DNA of 64,000 bases from Candidatus Woesearchaeota archaeon (GTDB taxonomy: Archaea; Nanobdellota; Nanobdellia; Pacearchaeales; GW2011-AR1). Below are positions 48,301-57,716 of the stretch, one piece after another. A program made the position numbers and the translations under genes. The stretch lies in contig CAYPRJ010000001.1 of the NCBI GenBank assembly GCA_964413095.1, positions 6,975 through 70,974 of the forward strand, given 5' to 3'. The notes under the pieces are model-generated. The model saw only the letters and a program-made list of their open reading frames with translations, made no database searches and was not told the origin of the DNA. Position 1 is the first letter of the stretch; each line of letters starts with the position of its first letter.

Positions 48301-51300
48301 AAATACAAGAAATTGATGAGAATGTTCCTGTTTCTGTTTTGCAAACTTCTAGGGGAGATAAGCTTATACTTATTTTAGATGATTCTTCAGGAACAGAGAT
48401 TTTACCTATTAAAAGAGATGAAGATGACTCTTTAGTTGTTTATGGTGTGAATGGCAATAGGCTCTCTTCAGAAGAGCTTTCTGGAAGTTTAGTTAAAGAA
48501 TTAGATCAGATTTATTTTAAGAAATATGATAAATCTTCTTATGAGAATTCTTATAAAAACGCAGAATTGAAATATTATGAAACAGAGCCGTACAAAGGTT
48601 TTCCTGCTATTGTGCCTTTTGATTTAGGTAATGGTTGGTATGCAGCAACAAAACAAACAATTTCAACTGGAGCAAGTATTGCAAGTTATGATAAATCTGG
48701 GCAAGTTAATAGTTTTTATTTGTGCAATGTTGGAAAAAATGGAATACAGGAATTTTACTCTTCAGCAGGAGATGATAATTGCAGAGGATTTAATTTAGGA
48801 ACAGGGCAAGCTTATGACCAGTTTGCTGGTTTAAAAGAGAAAGAAACAAAAGATTTAGTGGAGTGTGCAGTTGATGCTATTGAACAAGCTTCTGATGCAT
48901 ATGAATCAGAGGTTAGTAGAGTTAGAATAAGAACTAGTTGTGGAGGAACAGTAACTTTAAAGGTTGGTGAGCCAGCAGCAGATATTCCTGATATTCAGTG
49001 CCAGGATTTTATGTCTCCAAAGGATTGTAATTTGCTTTTTAATGTTTGTGATCCTTTTATTTGCCCTTCAAGTAGGTGTGATTTTGGAGGAGCCTACCCT
49101 GTAAAAGATGTTGTTCAATCAGGAATAATTGGAAGTTTAATTCTTTGTCTTCCAAATGCCCAAGAAGGAATTGCTGTCCCAGTTTGTATAACTGGAATAA
49201 AAGCAGGAACTGATGGCTGGCTTTCTGTTATGGAATCTTATAGAGATTGTTTGCAAGAAAGTTTAGAGACAGGAAAAAATATGGGAATATGTGATGAAAT
49301 GCATAGTGTTTATTTATGTGAGTTTTTCTGGAAGCAAGCACTTCCTTTAGCTGATTTAGCAGTACCAAAAGTATTGGAGGCTTTTTCAGGACAAGGTACT
49401 CAAGGTGGAGGAGAATATCTTTCTGTTCAAAATGCTTGGGAAAATGCAGAAAATTCTTTAGATTATTTTACTCAGTCTTATGCAACTGAATCTTATAAAG
49501 CATTTCAGGCAAGATCTACAGGAGAAGCAGGAACTTTAGTTTGCAAAACATTTGCTTCAGCAGCATATGCTGATACAGGAAGTTTATTTGATGCAATGAC
49601 TGAAGCAGAATCACCAGCACAGTATCATGGGAACTTTGAAGAGATTACTTTTAGCACTGTAACTTCACCTCCAACTTCTCATTATAAGGTGTTTTATCAT
49701 ATTTATGCAGGAGAAAATTCTGGAGCTTATTATAAAGTTTATTTGAAAGGAAGTTCTGAAAGCTTTTATCAGGATGCTTCAAGAACCAGACAAGTAGCTT
49801 CAGGATATGTGGCTGCAGGAGATTATGCTTCTGAGACAGAAGATTTTACTGCTCCTTCTGGCTATACTCAGATGTGTATAAATGTTAATGGAGAAGAAGA
49901 GTGCGGTTTCAAAGAAGTTTCAACTTCTTTTGCTGCTGATTATATTACAGATAGTTATGCGAAAGAGCAGATTGAAAAATCAGATATTACTACAGAGGAG
50001 GAATGTGTTTCAGGAACTGTCAGTGTTTATAGTTTGCTTGATTTGAATCTTCAAAGTTCTGTTGAGGAATTAATTGACCCTGCTATTTATGAAAAAGGAA
50101 TAACAAGAGTTTGTGCTACAGACAATCCTGGAAAAGGAACTGATCCTTATTCAGGAACTGAAGATTCAAGGTGGGTTGAAGTTGGTTATTGTGATTCAGA
50201 GAATATGAAATGCTGGCTTGATACTAAAAGCATTAAAGATGCAATAGAACTTGAAGGTGTAGAAGAAGAAGCATTAGATACAGTTACAAAAAGTTATATG
50301 GATATTTTGAGAGAAGAAGGAGATTATCTTTCTGAAAAGGAGTTTGAAAAGAAACTTGAAGAAATTGAGGAAGAAGAAAATTCAGAAGAAAAAATTAAGT
50401 TAGTTGAAGAAATTCTTGACAGAGTTTTCCTTAATAATAAAAGAGCTTACTTGTTATTGTTAAGAGGAAATGCTTATGGAGATTTGGCTTTAAATGCATT
50501 TAGAGGAGTAATATCTAAAGTAACTGGAGGAGAAGCTGGTGGAAGTGCTGGTGTTGGAGATGAGACTGGTGCTGAGACAGGTGTTGAAGGAGATATGTCA
50601 GATATAGAGAAAACTTATGAAATAGATAGAATTGGTTTTAAAATAGATGATAAAGAAGCTGAGTTTAAAGAAGATGTTAAAAAGCAAGCAGATGAAGATG
50701 TTGAGCTTGTTGTAGAATATGAGTATAATTGTGAATATGCAGAGTATCAAGTTTTTTCTCCTCAAGGTTTCTTTAAGGGTTTAGTTAGTGGTTTTGATTG
50801 GAATAAGCAAGTTTCTGGAAGAATTGATAAAGAAAGAGTGGACTTGCTTTTGAATAAACTTGATGAAGAGACTTATTATGTTAATGGTTATTGTTTTGAT
50901 GAAAAAGGGAATTCAAAGAAAACTAAATCTAATAATTTAATTGTAGCAGAAGTTTCTGGAGAAGAAATTATTGAAACTCCTTCTTTGTTTGATAGGTATG
51001 AAAAAATTGTGGATGAAAATGATGAGAATTTGTTTGATAAATATGCTGAAGAGAATTTGCCAGAAGGATGGAATCCTAATAAATTTAAAGCTTTACTTGT
51101 TGCTATTGCTATAAGACAGAGTAATCTTGGTTATCCTGAAGGAATTTATGATCCAAGATGGATTATGGAATATGGCTGGGAAGTAAGAGAAGACAAATTA
51201 CAAAGAATAGAAAAGTATGTTTGCCAAGAAGGAACTGATGTTAATGGATTATCTTCTGAAGAAGTTTTAAAGTGTGCAGAAGCACAAATTAAAGATGCTT

Positions 51301-51533
51301 CTAAAACTTTGAAGTTTGCTTTGGATAAGAGTGTGAATAAAGAAAGTGATTACTCAAAATGTGATAAAACAATTTATAGGTTAAGAAGTGATTCTTTGAT
51401 AAAATGTGTTTTAAGTGTTTATATGACTGGAGAGAATTCTAAGATTATTGGAGAGAGTGAAGGAGAAAAATATGCTAAAGAAGTAATGGAAATAATGAAA
51501 GAGTGGGAAGATTATTTTTCTAAGAATTCTTAA
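45363..51533 (+). CDS. Giant secreted Cys-rich protein (2056 aa) with C-terminal lysozyme/SLT-like domain
   Basis: Signal peptide ending VSA; ALLVAIAIRQSNLG...QIKDASKTLK...LSVYMTG...YAKEVM. Confidence 0.75.
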   Translation: MNKQKANKIERFFLAGILLVVLISFVSASYSLSNFGIGDSDKSLSFDDKSCEAGQDFLIKISSFGCTPSVVRSDLLEEQNVPVFCQLSATKLNPLIDVEAIESISFKGDYPDAVSGIGFYPAKSALSAKQDINYPVLNNIGYVTIVLKEQANESSMPDVVKGNLTANIKYDIKNAFGVGKANFYLPSLTDEEWEERYFQYGFWEKKGYLRAENIESNSATISVYNKNLQKTSSVNLEKGKTSKEIYIPGFDYCQGSLQLRLDSVEAADTRARLRVNEDIVEVARREKFLDNKCTVIGLERDGLVQNVEIRCDEDEGRKTITLRIEPKIKISIDGEEREVGVGDYLYEDEEKNEFVYLGHIGAKKDSTNIEDIYLFVVRLPEFEKKLSQDKISSIGNFVDKLEYKDLTGNVVTDVLLNSLRLFGAGSEALFRRIVEGQAYRIVSYPEIEEVFGQEIQIIDFVDVQDKELNGAEEYYQNAIGDYKNIVENFAGEKYPENSRVNLGEEALYQQIILARDLGQGKTMVDLCENFKEKYPDSDIDLSDCDDSYKLSNSEISTDYVKINGKTEKISFDGIYEPGFYDYGAEVLVEGPNGERSLLYLSKDQTINLDDFRDEENLNEFIQLVSLDDDSARLKINLAETGLKKLISSDNKNLKKDISESFGSDYIFTLKDIHLEKSAKVSVIPNINNVGTEANFSFQIGIEKRWNLTLAPDTIEKRIDALNGTIGKLQNISDTLGDVIKVGKTACLGTGAVLTIKNFLANLEGTGIARQKVMRGENGWYEKCTDLVEKGEYVSLEQCFLENSDKIDKDVEEVTEIINKQDKEIKKIQEQFTESKFLSEKVVDTDKFMEEFTEKVQEEISVLGNSFEDPRGKGESINIEEMRKTLSYEGWKQGYYSTEKLKEIELALMVLESGADEDLKNIYRERLYSDLSEVQANSESFAEISNLANDLNVQSSQISFLEVGERVKEITYGGLTNKDTEIQEIDENVPVSVLQTSRGDKLILILDDSSGTEILPIKRDEDDSLVVYGVNGNRLSSEELSGSLVKELDQIYFKKYDKSSYENSYKNAELKYYETEPYKGFPAIVPFDLGNGWYAATKQTISTGASIASYDKSGQVNSFYLCNVGKNGIQEFYSSAGDDNCRGFNLGTGQAYDQFAGLKEKETKDLVECAVDAIEQASDAYESEVSRVRIRTSCGGTVTLKVGEPAADIPDIQCQDFMSPKDCNLLFNVCDPFICPSSRCDFGGAYPVKDVVQSGIIGSLILCLPNAQEGIAVPVCITGIKAGTDGWLSVMESYRDCLQESLETGKNMGICDEMHSVYLCEFFWKQALPLADLAVPKVLEAFSGQGTQGGGEYLSVQNAWENAENSLDYFTQSYATESYKAFQARSTGEAGTLVCKTFASAAYADTGSLFDAMTEAESPAQYHGNFEEITFSTVTSPPTSHYKVFYHIYAGENSGAYYKVYLKGSSESFYQDASRTRQVASGYVAAGDYASETEDFTAPSGYTQMCINVNGEEECGFKEVSTSFAADYITDSYAKEQIEKSDITTEEECVSGTVSVYSLLDLNLQSSVEELIDPAIYEKGITRVCATDNPGKGTDPYSGTEDSRWVEVGYCDSENMKCWLDTKSIKDAIELEGVEEEALDTVTKSYMDILREEGDYLSEKEFEKKLEEIEEEENSEEKIKLVEEILDRVFLNNKRAYLLLLRGNAYGDLALNAFRGVISKVTGGEAGGSAGVGDETGAETGVEGDMSDIEKTYEIDRIGFKIDDKEAEFKEDVKKQADEDVELVVEYEYNCEYAEYQVFSPQGFFKGLVSGFDWNKQVSGRIDKERVDLLLNKLDEETYYVNGYCFDEKGNSKKTKSNNLIVAEVSGEEIIETPSLFDRYEKIVDENDENLFDKYAEENLPEGWNPNKFKALLVAIAIRQSNLGYPEGIYDPRWIMEYGWEVREDKLQRIEKYVCQEGTDVNGLSSEEVLKCAEAQIKDASKTLKFALDKSVNKESDYSKCDKTIYRLRSDSLIKCVLSVYMTGENSKIIGESEGEKYAKEVMEIMKEWEDYFSKNS

Positions 51534-51545
51534 TAGTTAAATTAC

Positions 51546-51720
51546 GCGGGAGAAAGGATTCGAATGAAAACTTCTGACTCTGAAATCACACTTCCAGCAA
51601 CCTGAATCCTATTTATGCGGGAGAAAGGATTCAAATTCAAAACCTCGCGGTTTTGTATCCAGATGCAACTTCCTCTTTTTGCCTTTGAAGGAAGTTATCA
51701 TATAGTTCGAATCCTATTTA
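51546..51720. repeat. Two extra copies of tRNA-Leu 3' end (GCGGGAGAAAGGATTC on +) with unique spacers
   Basis: Copies at 51546 and 51617; true copy at 51722. Confidence 0.9.
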
Positions 51721-51858
51721 TGCGGGAGAAAGGATTCGAACCTTCGCAGGCACTAAGCCAACAGGTTTCTTCGAGTTAGTTTGCGTTATTTGTGAGACAT
51801 AATCTCTCGCAATCTTCTCGCCTAAGCCTGTCCCGTTTGACCACTCCGGCACTCCCGC
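51721..51858 (-). tRNA. tRNA-Leu(TAG) with 54-nt canonical intron (51767-51820)
   Basis: GCGGGAG/CTCCCGC, ACAGG-CTTAGG..A-CCTGT, long variable arm, GGTTCGAATCC. Confidence 0.92.
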
Positions 51859-52012
51859 ATTCAAGAGGAGTGGGAAAACTCGTTTGACCCGAAAGTTCTC
51901 GTGAACTTCCTGTAGCCCTTAATTTGAGCGAGGGCTTGAGTTCTCCGGCACTCCCGCATAGAATTAAAGAGAATTTTGAATATAAAAAGCTTTTTAGAAT
52001 TAATGGTTGAGA

Positions 52013-52936
52013 TTATTTCTTTTTTAAATCAGCTTCTTTTTGTTTTATTTTTTCTTCAAGTTTTAATTTTTCTATGAGTTCTTTATAACGATTTCTTATT
52101 GTAACTTCTGTTATGCCTGCAATATCTGCAACTTCTCTTTGTGTTTTTTTCTCGTCGTTCATTAAAGCTGCCACATATAAAGCTGCTGCAGCAATTCCTG
52201 CTGGTCCACGTCCTGAAGTTAATTCAACTTTTTCTGCTTGTTTTAAAATTTTTAATGCGTCGTTTTGTGTTTTTGGAGAGAGTTTTAATATTGAGGAAAA
52301 TCTGGAAATATAATCTTTTGGAGAACTTTGTTTTACTTTTATTCCTAACTTTCTAATTATGAATCTGTAAGTTCTTCCTATTTCTTTCCTCTCAACATCT
52401 GAAGCAGTTGCCATCTCGTCTAATGTTCGTGGGATGTTGTAACTTCTGCAAGCAGCATATAAACAAGCTGCAATTACTGATTCCATGCTTCTCCCTCTTA
52501 CTAAACCTCTTTGTAAAACATAATTGTAAATTCTCGCAGCTTCATCTCTTACTACATTTGGCAAATTTAAATAAGAAGCAATAACTCTAAGTTCTGCCAT
52601 TGCTAATCTTAAATTTCTTTCAATAGAAGTTGAAACTCTTTCTTGCCATTTTTTTAGCCGTAAAAATTTCCGAGTTTGTCCTGGTTCTAGTTTGTAGATG
52701 TCTGAAATTTCTCCAACATTTGTTGTTAGACCTTTGTCAAATTTTTGCATACTTATTGGAGCTCCACCACGACCTTTTTTTTCATCTTTGTCAAAACTTC
52801 CAGATAAATCTATTCCTGTATCTGTCATTTTTTCTTCTATGACAAGACCACAATCATTACAAATAATTTCTCCTAAATGAGGATCATAAGTAATATTTAC
52901 ACTTCCACATTCAGGACATTTTTTTATAGAGGTCAT
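52013..52936 (-). CDS. tfb: Transcription initiation factor IIB
   Basis: CPECGS..CNDCG ribbon, ERNLRLA, RGRS, TEVTIRNRYKEL. Confidence 0.97.
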   Translation of the reverse strand: MTSIKKCPECGSVNITYDPHLGEIICNDCGLVIEEKMTDTGIDLSGSFDKDEKKGRGGAPISMQKFDKGLTTNVGEISDIYKLEPGQTRKFLRLKKWQERVSTSIERNLRLAMAELRVIASYLNLPNVVRDEAARIYNYVLQRGLVRGRSMESVIAACLYAACRSYNIPRTLDEMATASDVERKEIGRTYRFIIRKLGIKVKQSSPKDYISRFSSILKLSPKTQNDALKILKQAEKVELTSGRGPAGIAAAALYVAALMNDEKKTQREVADIAGITEVTIRNRYKELIEKLKLEEKIKQKEADLKKK

Positions 52937-53145
52937 TTGAGTTGTTTTTAGCCATTTTAAGACTAAAGAAATTTTGTTACTTAGAGGTTGGTAAAAAGGT
53001 TTATAAACCAACTTTGTACAGCGTTTATAAACTTTTCGTCATTTATAAAGCTTTCGGTTCTGTTTTTTGTGTGATGTCTTAAAATAAGTTTACAAATATT
53101 AAATCCCTAAGAATATTTATAAAAAAGAATTTCTTAAAAGATAAT

Positions 53146-53535
53146 ATGAAAAGGTGGATAATTTATGGATTGATTTTTCTAATATTTCCCTTGTTAGTGG
53201 TTCTCGCAAGTTTGTTAGAAATCAATGTTTTTAGAAACATATTTAACATTCCAGCATTATTTCTAGGGATGTTTCTTCTTGGAGCACTTATAGGAGAATT
53301 TACTGATAGAATTAATGCCATGACTACAAAAAGGAACAAGAAAAGAACATATGTGCTGCTTGGATGTTTATGGGGGCTAACATTTTTTGTGTTAACATTC
53401 ACTTTTTTCTACAGGGCAATCTATTTAACTGGATTAAATGAAGATTTAATTTCTATATTTAGTCTGGGATTGATGGTCGTTCTTACTCTAATTGGAGCAT
53501 ATATAGGATATATATTCTGGAAGAGAAGCAAATAG
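53146..53535 (+). CDS. 4-TM membrane protein
   Basis: ORF, hydrophobic segments. Confidence 0.65.
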   Translation: MKRWIIYGLIFLIFPLLVVLASLLEINVFRNIFNIPALFLGMFLLGALIGEFTDRINAMTTKRNKKRTYVLLGCLWGLTFFVLTFTFFYRAIYLTGLNEDLISIFSLGLMVVLTLIGAYIGYIFWKRSK

Positions 53536-53600
53536 TATTTAAGGTATTCTTAGACGTTTCTTCAATATAATTAATTTTGTAAGAACAGTTTGGTTTTTGG

Positions 53601-53972
53601 TTAGGCTTTTTCTGATTCGATCAAAATTCCGTTAACAACACTTTCCTGGCTTGGACGGTTTGTTATTTTTACTTTTCCAAGTTCTGTATCTACAATTGTT
53701 CCCTTTGTCAAGATATTTTGCCTTGCAAGAAATCTGTTTGAAGGAGTTTCAAGAACTTTTTTAATTTCAACTTTTTTTGATTTATTATCTTTTAGAACAT
53801 TTACAAATTTTCCTTGAAGCAAAAATGTCTTTTCTTTTCTTCCTCTGACTTTTCTTTTTCTTCTTTTTTCTTCTCCTAATTTTACAATTTTTTTCTGTCC
53901 TGATTTTTCAAATAATTTTCTTTTTGTAGTTTTCTTATATTTTCCACCAGTAATTTTTCTTCCTTTTTTCAT
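53601..53972 (-). CDS. rps8e: Ribosomal protein S8e
   Basis: GRKITGG, NILTKG, VKITNRPSQ..VVNG. Confidence 0.93.
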   Translation of the reverse strand: MKKGRKITGGKYKKTTKRKLFEKSGQKKIVKLGEEKRRKRKVRGRKEKTFLLQGKFVNVLKDNKSKKVEIKKVLETPSNRFLARQNILTKGTIVDTELGKVKITNRPSQESVVNGILIESEKA

Positions 53973-54299
53973 GTTAAAGAAGAATAAAATTGATTTAAAT
54001 ATCTTTTTATTGTAATAATTTATATAAATATAAATTCTATGAAAATTTATGAGATATATAACAGTAAATTATAATCTAGCAAACAATCTTAATCTTAGAT
54101 ATGATACTTTGGAAAAAGTTATTGATGGATATGACTTATTGGTTGTAGCATCTGGCAATATTTCAATAGAAAAGTCTATTAATTTTTCCTTTCAAAGAAA
54201 ACCTTGATTTGGAACTGTTAAAAGCAGAATTATTTTCAATTCAAATAATCTAGTTTTTGTTAACGAAATATTTATAAATAAATTAAACACAGATTAATT

Positions 54300-54548
54300 A
54301 TGAATGGAATAGAAAGACCTTTAGATTTGTTGAATAATTCAAAAGGCAAAGAAGTTTTGGTGCACCTGAAAGGAGACAGGCAATTTGTGGGAACTTTGTT
54401 AGCATTTGATATTCATCTTAATCTCGTCTTGGATAACATAAAAGAAATCCAAAACAGCGAGATAAAAAGAAATTTTGGAATAACTTTTTTAAGAGGAGAT
54501 ACAATAATTTTTATTTCACCTGCTTCTACTGCTATGAAGAAAGAATAG
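54300..54548 (+). CDS. Sm/LSm protein
   Basis: RPLDLL, GTLLAFDIHLNLVL, LRGD. Confidence 0.93.
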   Translation: MNGIERPLDLLNNSKGKEVLVHLKGDRQFVGTLLAFDIHLNLVLDNIKEIQNSEIKRNFGITFLRGDTIIFISPASTAMKKE

Positions 54549-54585
54549 TCATAACAAATAAAAACTCTTTTTTCTTTATTGATTT

Positions 54586-55488
54586 ATGTCAGAGAAAATA
54601 AAAATTGTTTTTTTAGGAACTTCTGATGCTGTTCCAACACCCTCTAGAAATCATACTGCTATTTTGTTGAGCTATAAAGGAGAAAATATTTTAATAGATT
54701 GTGGAGAAGGAACGCAGAGGCAATTTCGCAAAGCAAAAATAAACCAGTGTAAGCTAACAAAAATTTTAGTTACTCATTGGCATGCTGATCATATTTTAGG
54801 AATACCTGGCTTGTTGCAAACATTAGCTCTAAATGAATATAATAAGCCACTTGAAATTTATGGACCAAAAGGAACTAAAAAATTTATGAAAAAAATTTTA
54901 GAGACTTTTGTTTTCAGAGGAAAACATCCTTTAAAGATAAAAGAGGTTAAAGGGAAATTTCTTGAAACAAAAGATTTTTTTCTTGGAGCAAAATCTATGA
55001 CTCATGGAACTCCTTGTAATGGTTATACTTTTGCTAAAAAAGGTGAAATAAAAATTGATAAAAAAAAATTAGAGAAAACAAATATAGCTTTTGGAAAATG
55101 GCTTCAAAAATTAAAACAAGGAAAAGATATTGTTTACAAAGGGAAAAAATATAAAGCAGAAGATTTGACATTTAAAGAAGAAGACAAAAAGATTTCTTTT
55201 ATTCTCGATACTTCAATGAACAAAAAAATTGTTTCTTTTGTAAAAAATTCTGATTTGCTTATTTGTGAATCAAGTTTTGGAGAAAATCTTAAAGAAAAAG
55301 CTAAAGAATACAAGCATTTAACTGCAAGTCAAGCAGCTCAAATTGCAAAAAAAGCTAATGTGAAAAAACTTGTTTTAACACATTTAGGACAAAGATATGA
55401 AAAAAATAAAAAAGATATTTTGAAAGAAGCAAAAAAAGTTTTCAAGAATGTTTGTATAGCAGAAGACTTTGATAAGCTTGAAATTTAG
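54586..55488 (+). CDS. rnz: Ribonuclease Z
   Basis: FLGTS, DCGEGTQRQ, THWHADH, LTH..QRY. Confidence 0.95.
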   Translation: MSEKIKIVFLGTSDAVPTPSRNHTAILLSYKGENILIDCGEGTQRQFRKAKINQCKLTKILVTHWHADHILGIPGLLQTLALNEYNKPLEIYGPKGTKKFMKKILETFVFRGKHPLKIKEVKGKFLETKDFFLGAKSMTHGTPCNGYTFAKKGEIKIDKKKLEKTNIAFGKWLQKLKQGKDIVYKGKKYKAEDLTFKEEDKKISFILDTSMNKKIVSFVKNSDLLICESSFGENLKEKAKEYKHLTASQAAQIAKKANVKKLVLTHLGQRYEKNKKDILKEAKKVFKNVCIAEDFDKLEI

Positions 55489-55528
55489 AAAAGATTAAAA
55501 AGATTTGATTCTTATTTTTAGAATGAGC

Positions 55529-55738
55529 ATGCTTGGAGATTATATGTGTCCTTTTATTGATGGATGTGAACCTTGTATTTCAAAAAATGATTGTCCTTCT
55601 GATCCTGAAAATTGTTCATACTACCAAATGATGATTTTTAAAGCTAAACACGAGATGAGAGATATGTCTAACAAAGAATTAACTGATTACTTTGATACAA
55701 AGGATTTAGCTTTAGAAACATGGGATTTTGGTGATTAA
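55529..55738 (+). CDS. Small Cys-rich hypothetical protein
   Basis: ORF, 5 Cys; start uncertain. Confidence 0.5.
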   Translation: MLGDYMCPFIDGCEPCISKNDCPSDPENCSYYQMMIFKAKHEMRDMSNKELTDYFDTKDLALETWDFGD

Positions 55739-55911
55739 TTTTTTGAATTGGTTAATAGAAAGATTTTAAATATTCTATTTTTCTTTGATTAATAGTGAGC
55801 CCCTGTAGCTCACGTAAGAAACCAAGGTTCCTTGACGTTCAACCTCCTTTGTGGCACTGTTGGGTGATTTCAAGTTGCCTTCGGTGAAATCGCGGACGCT
55901 ACAGGAGACAA

Positions 55912-56035
55912 GCCCCTGTAGCTCAGCCTGGATAGAGCGACTGCCTTCTATGCTATTGGCAGTGTCGTACATTGTTGCGATTATTTGTCTTCAGCGGATA
56001 GCAGTAGGCCGCAGGTTCGAATCCTGTCGGGGGCA
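55912..56035 (+). tRNA. tRNA-Arg(TCT) with 49-nt canonical intron (55951-55999)
   Basis: GCCCCTG/CGGGGGC, ACTGC-CTTCTA..A-GCAGT, GGTTCGAATCC. Confidence 0.92.
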
Positions 56036-56137
56036 TTTAGGATTCGATAAATTAGTTTAAACGCATTCAAATAGGAAGGTTAAGCGAAGGAAACTTCGTG
56101 TCCTCGCTTCGAATCCTGTCAGGGGCATTTGAAAAAA

Positions 56138-56986
56138 ATGAAAAGCAAAAAAGAGGTGGAATTAAAATTTCCCTTAAGTAAAAAAGAAAAATATGTAGCA
56201 ATGCTTGCTCCTAGTTTTGTTGTTGATTTCTCTTATCCTAAAATAATTCATCAACTTAGGGAATTAGGTTTTGATAAAATTGTTGAATTGACTTTTGGAG
56301 CAAAAATGATTAATAGAGATTATCATAAAAAATTGAAAAAATCTAAAGAATTAGTTATTGCAAGTGTTTGTCCTGGTGTTGTTGAAACAATAAAAAATAA
56401 ATTTCCAAGGTATAAAAAAAATCTTATTAAAGTTGACAGTCCCATGATTGCTACAGCAAAGATTTGTAAAAAAATTTATCCAAATTATAAGATAGTCTTT
56501 ATTTCTCCTTGTGATTATAAAAAAACAGAAGCACAGAAAACAAATTATATTGATTATGTTGTTGACTATGGAAGATTGAAAAAATTACTCAAAAAAATTA
56601 AGATTAAAAAGAAGGGAAAAATTTTGTTTGATAAATTTTATAATGATTACACTAAAATTTATCCTGTTGCAGGAGGGCTCTCAAAAACAGCGAATCTTAA
56701 AGGATCTTTAAAAGAAAATGAGGTTATGATTATTGATGGAATTAATGATGTTATTAAATTTCTTAAAAAACCAAAAAAAGGAATAAGGTTTCTTGATGCT
56801 ACTTTTTGCAAGGGAAGTTGTGTTGGAGGTCCTTGTATAAATTCTAAATTACCTATTAAATTGAGAAAAAAGAAGATTTTGAATTATTTAAAAAAAGCAA
56901 AACAAGAGGATATTCCTGATACTAGAAAAGGAATTATTAAGAGAGCTAAAGGAATTTCTTTTTCTTCTAATTTCCCAAGCAAATAA
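56138..56986 (+). CDS. Minimal [FeFe]-hydrogenase H-domain-like protein
   Basis: LAPSF, ASVCPG, ISPCDYKKTE, FLDATFCKGSCVGGP. Confidence 0.85.
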   Translation: MKSKKEVELKFPLSKKEKYVAMLAPSFVVDFSYPKIIHQLRELGFDKIVELTFGAKMINRDYHKKLKKSKELVIASVCPGVVETIKNKFPRYKKNLIKVDSPMIATAKICKKIYPNYKIVFISPCDYKKTEAQKTNYIDYVVDYGRLKKLLKKIKIKKKGKILFDKFYNDYTKIYPVAGGLSKTANLKGSLKENEVMIIDGINDVIKFLKKPKKGIRFLDATFCKGSCVGGPCINSKLPIKLRKKKILNYLKKAKQEDIPDTRKGIIKRAKGISFSSNFPSK

Positions 56987-57017
56987 TTTAAATAAGGTTT
57001 TCTTTTATTTTGAATAT

Positions 57018-57090
57018 GCGGAGGTGGCACAGTGGCTACTGCATCTGGTTGCAGCCCAGATTTTCGTGGGTTCGAATCCCACCCTCCGCT
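57018..57090 (+). tRNA. tRNA-Cys(GCA)
   Basis: GCGGAGG/CCTCCGC, TCTGG-TTGCAGC-CCAGA, U73. Confidence 0.93.
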
Positions 57091-57260
57091 TAAACAATCT
57101 AAGGATTGTTTAATGGACGTGACTCTTCGAGTCCTAACTCGGTCATTGAAAAGTCGTTATTGATAAATTAAATTTGTCGCTTTCCAATAACCTCGCCCTC
57201 CGCTTATCTGTTACGTATAGGTATAGTGGACATTTAAAAAATAAAAATCAGGATTGTAAA

Positions 57261-57674
57261 ATGAAAACCCATACAAAATATTTGAAAATACATACTAAAG
57301 AAAGAATAGAATTTGTTAATATAACTTCTAAAATTGAAGAAGCTGTTAGAGAATCAGGAATTAAAGAAGGAATTGTTTTGGTAAATCCAATGCACATAAC
57401 AGCCTCGGTTTTTATTAATGATAATGAATCTGGTTTGTTAAATGACTTTAAAGAATGGCTGGAAAAACTCGCTCCAAAAGACTTTCAGTATAAGCACCAT
57501 CAAACAGGAGAAGATAATGCTTACGCACATTTGTGGAGAACAATCATGGGCCGAGAAACTACAATTGCAATCAGCGACGGGGAACTTGACTTTGGTCCTT
57601 GGGAAACTATTTTTTACGGAGAATTTGACGGACAAAGAGAGAAGAGAATTTTGATTAAGGTTTTGGGTGAATAG
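57261..57674 (+). CDS. yjbQ: YjbQ/UPF0047 family protein
   Basis: [28 protein letters not shown]. Confidence 0.92.
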   Translation: MKTHTKYLKIHTKERIEFVNITSKIEEAVRESGIKEGIVLVNPMHITASVFINDNESGLLNDFKEWLEKLAPKDFQYKHHQTGEDNAYAHLWRTIMGRETTIAISDGELDFGPWETIFYGEFDGQREKRILIKVLGE

Positions 57675-57716
57675 TAACTACATAAAATATTTAAATAAGA
57701 AAATGTAGTTATTAAT

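Noticed and set aside
51546..51740. CRISPR array
   Set aside because: Repeats are tRNA-Leu 3' ends, spacers are unequal in length, and there are no cas genes in the window
52937..53011. Longer TFB N-terminus from the ORF track
   Set aside because: Covers TATA-like sequence; ATG 52936 directly precedes the Zn ribbon
55775..56060. ORFs 55775-55972 and 55851-56060
   Set aside because: They overlap tRNA-Arg and its duplicated ends; spurious
57174..57260. N-terminal extension of YjbQ
   Set aside because: Runs through the tRNA-Cys repeat scar; ATG 57261 fits the family length
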